A DNA stretch of 26,245 nucleotides, filler included, from Sarea resinae (Eukaryota): NCBI GenBank assembly GCA_026026165.1. It is 4 parts of 4 records of this genome, joined end to end, with 100 filler letters (N's around TTAATTAATTAA, not from the genome) between each part and the next. Parts side by side here need not be neighbours in the genome. Positions count along the whole stretch, not along the records: positions 20,544 to 26,245 come from JAPEUD010000143.1; 3 more parts are not named here. The stretch is one strand, 5' to 3'. The translations under genes and the position numbers were made by a program. Positions 22,313 to 26,245 of this stretch are shown here, piece after piece (position 1 is the first letter of the stretch; every line of letters begins with the position of its first letter). The notes beneath the pieces were generated by a model. The model did no database searches, had not been told where the DNA came from, and was given only the letters and a program-made list of their open reading frames with translations.

Positions 22313-23553
22313 TTTGGGCACAGCTGGGAGCGACGCGCTGGATTGGGAGATTTGCTGATTTAGATCGTGGCTGTGATGGGAGAGGTAATGGCTGGTTGTT
22401 TGGTCTAAGCAGCTGCCGTGCGCACGCGAGAGAGAGAGGGATATAATCGATTTCAATCTCAAGCGTGGGCTTTGAGATTGGAGGCAATATGGTAATGGTC
22501 GATTCGTCTTCCAAGGCGTGCCTAAATGGATGCAGGAGACAGGACAGGACGGAAGAAGAGCAAGAAAACAGAAGAAGCAGAAAAAGCCGAATGGATAGAA
22601 GGAATGCCCTGCTCTTCAAGTAGTCTACGTTCGTGCTTCCATCTGCGAGGCACAGTCTAGTAAAGTGGCTACCTACCTTTCTTTCCCCCGAAGAACTGGT
22701 TGCGGGGAGCTAAGCTTTTGGTTGCTCTTTCTCCGCATGTATGTATGTACGTAAGGTAGAGTATTTGACCCGTGTTCTGGAGGACTTATTTGATGGAATT
22801 GGATTCAGTCTTCAGGAACGGCGCAGGGTATATCCTCCATCGGCAAGGATCGTCGGTCAGCCCCGCGAAAAGCGAGCTAGGATCGCTGGACTCGGACTGC
22901 GGGGATGGATCTGTTGTGGTCACGGCCGACAACGTGATTGATTATTGCTGGCTAGACGTTCCCTTAAGGTACTTCGTAGTAGGCATCTTCGCAGAGAGGG
23001 GACCACGCAATAATTGGCTGGATAATTACCTTAGCGGCGAAGCATGAAGCATTGAGCATACCGCGTACAGGGAACATGGCGAGGAGATAATGTCACATAA
23101 CGGCTGTGTTGTGTAACGTGTTGCAGTATCATCGTCTGGGTTGTCTGGGTTGTGATGTGGTCTCTCCCCTCTTCGCATGGGGTGATCGAAATCGATGATT
23201 GCGGGGAAGCTGCAGGTGCATGAGGTGTGCATACTGAAGTATATTGATGGATGTCAAGTAGAGATGAGTACCCCGTAGGATAAGGTAGACCTGTAACTTT
23301 GGCGTATATCTGTTGCTGGCCTTGCTCTTGATGCTTGGTCTTGAGGAAACCACAATGCCACCTTTCACTTGCTTTCTCCGCAAGTTGTAACACTCGAGAT
23401 GGATGTTTGAAATGATAAACCGTAGACAGCAGAAACAGTGTTGTGGTTGCACTGCCGACTTCCGAGTGGCTTTTCGGTAGTTGTATGTATTTACCCGCCC
23501 GGTAAGGTACGAATACGTACTTTTGAGATCGTGAGACTTCAGACATGATCGAC

Positions 23554-23595
23554 GAAGAAGAAGAAGAAGAAGAAGAAGAAGAAGAAGAAGAAGAA
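23554..23595 (+). repeat. (GAA)14 microsatellite
   Basis: Directly visible. Confidence 0.92.
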
Positions 23596-24014
23596 GATCG
23601 TGAAATCAACAATGAGAATGATGTCTGCTGCTCTCTAGCTTAGATGAATATAATAACAATCATCATCCCCACACTACCGACTGACCTGAATGAGGACGTG
23701 TTGCTGTTGTTATTGTTGTTGTGATTGACCTTCTCGTTTTGATGTCACTCGACTCTAGTGTTCTAGACCGGCCTACTCGTCTTGACTCTCCACTAAATAT
23801 TGGCAGTCCCTCTCACAATGACGTCGATGATGAAATAACCATCACATTGGTAATCGCGTCGATTCAAGGGCTTGGCCTCGCTGCAAATATCACCATGCCC
23901 TCCCTCGTCGGTCTTGAGATTCTAACATTGTATTATTATTATCACTTCAAACACTTTTGGCCAATTTAGATACTCATCATCTACCAAGCGACCCAATTAT
24001 CCACTGCAACCACC

Positions 24015-24870
24015 ATGGCTCCCAAGGTTCTCTTCATCCTCACTTCATGTGACTCGTACAAGTATGGGGGCAAAGACCATCCCACCGGATGGTACCTGGT
24101 GCGTTCTCTTTGCTCTTTCATTGCCTCTCGACGAAAACCTCAATCTGATCATTATATTAGCCTGAATACGCCCATCCGTACGAAGTTCTAGCGCCTCACA
24201 CCGAGATTGTGGTGGCGTCGCCGGCGGGCGGAGAAGCTCCATTGGACCAGGCATCCGTCGAGTTATTCAAGGAAGACCCGGTCTCGGTACAGGTGCTGAA
24301 CACGAAACAATCGACCTGGAAAAACACGGTGCCGGTCAAGAGTCTCCTCGGCCACGCCAAAGAATATGAGGCCATTTTCTTCGTCGGTGGTCACGGACGT
24401 GAGTAGCTTTCCCATCTGTCTCTTCCGACGCAGCCCAAACGAGTCGCCGCAGGCGTGCCGGTGCTGACAGGTTCCCAGCCATGTTCGACCTGGTCAAGGA
24501 TTCGGACTCGCTCGCGCTGATCAAGGAATTCTATTCCTCCAACAAGATCGTTGCCGCAGTCTGCCATGGGCCAGCAGCGCTGCTGCACGCCCAAGACTCT
24601 GACGGCAAGTCACTGATCGGATCGTACCCCGTCACCGGCTTCTCCAACACCGAAGAGACTCAAGTGGGCGTCTTGGAACAGATGCCATTCTCTCTCGAAG
24701 ACGAGCTGAACAAGACGAGTGGCGGTCACTACGTCAAGGCGGCTGACCCTTGGGGTGAAAAGGTCGTTGTCGCGCGGGACGGGAGATTGATCACGGGTCA
24801 GAATCCCGCAAGCGCCAAAGGCGTGGGCGAGGCCATCTATCATGGCATCTTTGGCGATCTGACGTCTTAG
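24015..24870 (+). CDS. DJ-1/PfpI (Hsp31-like, glyoxalase III-type) protein; exons 24015-24098, 24161-24398, 24479-24870
   Basis: MAPKVLFILTS, TGWYL|PEYAHPY (catalytic Glu), VASPAGG, AIFFVGGHGPMFDL, VAAVCHGPAAL (catalytic Cys-His), VTGFSNTEE, LITGQNPASA. Confidence 0.92.
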
Positions 24871-25755
24871 AAAGGCTGCATGTAGAAGAATGTATAAGAA
24901 GCAAAAGAAGAAGAATTCAGCTCTCTGAAAAAAGTAGCGAACATAGTTTAGCCTCCTGCTCTCTCACGCTAGAGGCTGCTTATCATTCCGCAAGCTCGTT
25001 TTGATGTCTCTACTCGGATAGCTCGCGCCGTGGTGGATCCTCGTTGATTGATTGATTGATTGATCTATCTACGATTCTACGATGTAGATACAGACCCTGA
25101 GATGAACGGTTGCAGGACTCCCTTCCCCAGAACATGTGCTCATACACAAGCCCCTCATCTATCACCTCCGTGCAGGTAGACATATCCGCGAACCTAAGCC
25201 AGCTGCCTCCCACTCCAACGGCCGTTAGTCGTCAACCAGACAGAAGACAGCCACCGATAAGACAATAGACGACAGACGATAGACGACTGACGACAGACGC
25301 AGACTCGAAGTCGATCATAGCAGTATCAAATCGCAGATGCAATGGACGAACGGACACACTGAACGGCCTCACCTTTCATATGAAGCCAAATGATTTACCT
25401 ATCTCCCTACAGTACTGATCCTCGACGCATGACAACTCCTGCGCAATCTAAGCAAGCAAATCATGCCTTATTGAACACGATGACTCGCCTCGTTCCCTTT
25501 CTCCTGCAGGGCACTGGCACTTCCTGCGTATCATCCAATCAGAAGCGGCTGAGGCCCCGGTGGACCTGGGTGTGGATTGTTGACTGATGAATGGCGGGGG
25601 GGGGGGGTTGGTTCGGGTCGGGTCCTGCGCGCGCTTTAAGAAGGTGTATTTGCTTTGATGATTGCTTCGTTCCAGCGTACTCGGTACTCTGCCTACACGT
25701 TGCATTATCGTGATGCTTGCGCGCGGCGATTAGGTAGACACCAGAGGCAGCACAT

Positions 25756-25809
25756 GGATGGATGGGGATGGGATGGGATGGATGGAATGGGGGTGGGGTG
25801 GGATGAGAT
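25756..25809 (+). repeat. Degenerate GGATG/GGGAT pentamer array
   Basis: GGATGGATGGGGATGGGATGGGATGGATGGAATGGGGGTGGGGTGGGATGAGATG. Confidence 0.7.
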
Positions 25810-26245
25810 GAGCACCAGGGCATCATTGGCACGAATCAATGGAATCAATCAATCGATAGCGTCAGTTGCGATCTCGGAGGATCGACTCTGGCATTCGATG
25901 GATGTGACTGGAGTACTGTAGTAGCTGTCAGATGTGCCATGTGCCTCTTCTCTTTCCTCTTCTTCCTCTTCCCGTGCGGCGTCGATTATCATTGTCCCCC
26001 AGCAGTTCTCCCGTCGTAGTCGTTAGTAGTATCCAGACCTCATTTCCACCACCCGCGTCTGATTATCGTCGCTGCCAATTGGAACCTCTAGGCTATTTCG
26101 AGGCATGGCAAGGCAATGGAGATAGATGCCGTGTCGCGCGTGGGGTTCGCGGACCCACTTACTGATTGATTGGACGTGTGCTGGTCCAGCCCGCCAGCTG
26201 CATGGCCCGCGTTCTCAGCGCGTCGATTGAAGACGAACCCGTCCA

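Noticed and set aside
23031..23612. 193-aa ORF beginning with poly-Ser
   Set aside because: The poly-Ser derives from (GAA)14; the remainder has no recognisable family features
25261..25305. Degenerate GACGA(C/T)A heptamer array as a regulatory array
   Set aside because: Short, imperfect and consistent with ordinary slippage; no linked gene visible

Overview
Eukaryotic, intron-rich DNA from a filamentous ascomycete (Pezizomycotina-type GT..CTRAC..YAG introns, compact gene spacing). It is not one locus: four contigs are joined by three artificial 100-bp spacers (N44-TTAATTAATTAA-N44), and the lengths (>=7634, 6886, 5723, >=5702 bp) look size-sorted, so adjacency across spacers is meaningless. 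Contig 1: PAF1 (3'-truncated), ARP8, ARL1 and an RRM protein with ALYREF/Yra1-like motifs. Contig 2: RSE1 (SF3B3) and MSS51; MSS51 is split across the two contig ends, which share an exact 127-bp direct repeat, so the contig closes into a 6,759-bp circle. RSE1 intron 2 hides a box C/D snoRNA whose guide matches the 18S rRNA Am541 site. Contig 3: DEG1/PUS3, GPI15/PIG-H and an RS-domain-fused HUB1. Contig 4: a secreted aldose 1-epimerase (3'-truncated) and a DJ-1/Hsp31-family gene. Exon boundaries were derived by hand from splice signals and reading-frame continuity; gene names come from recognised motifs, not database searches.
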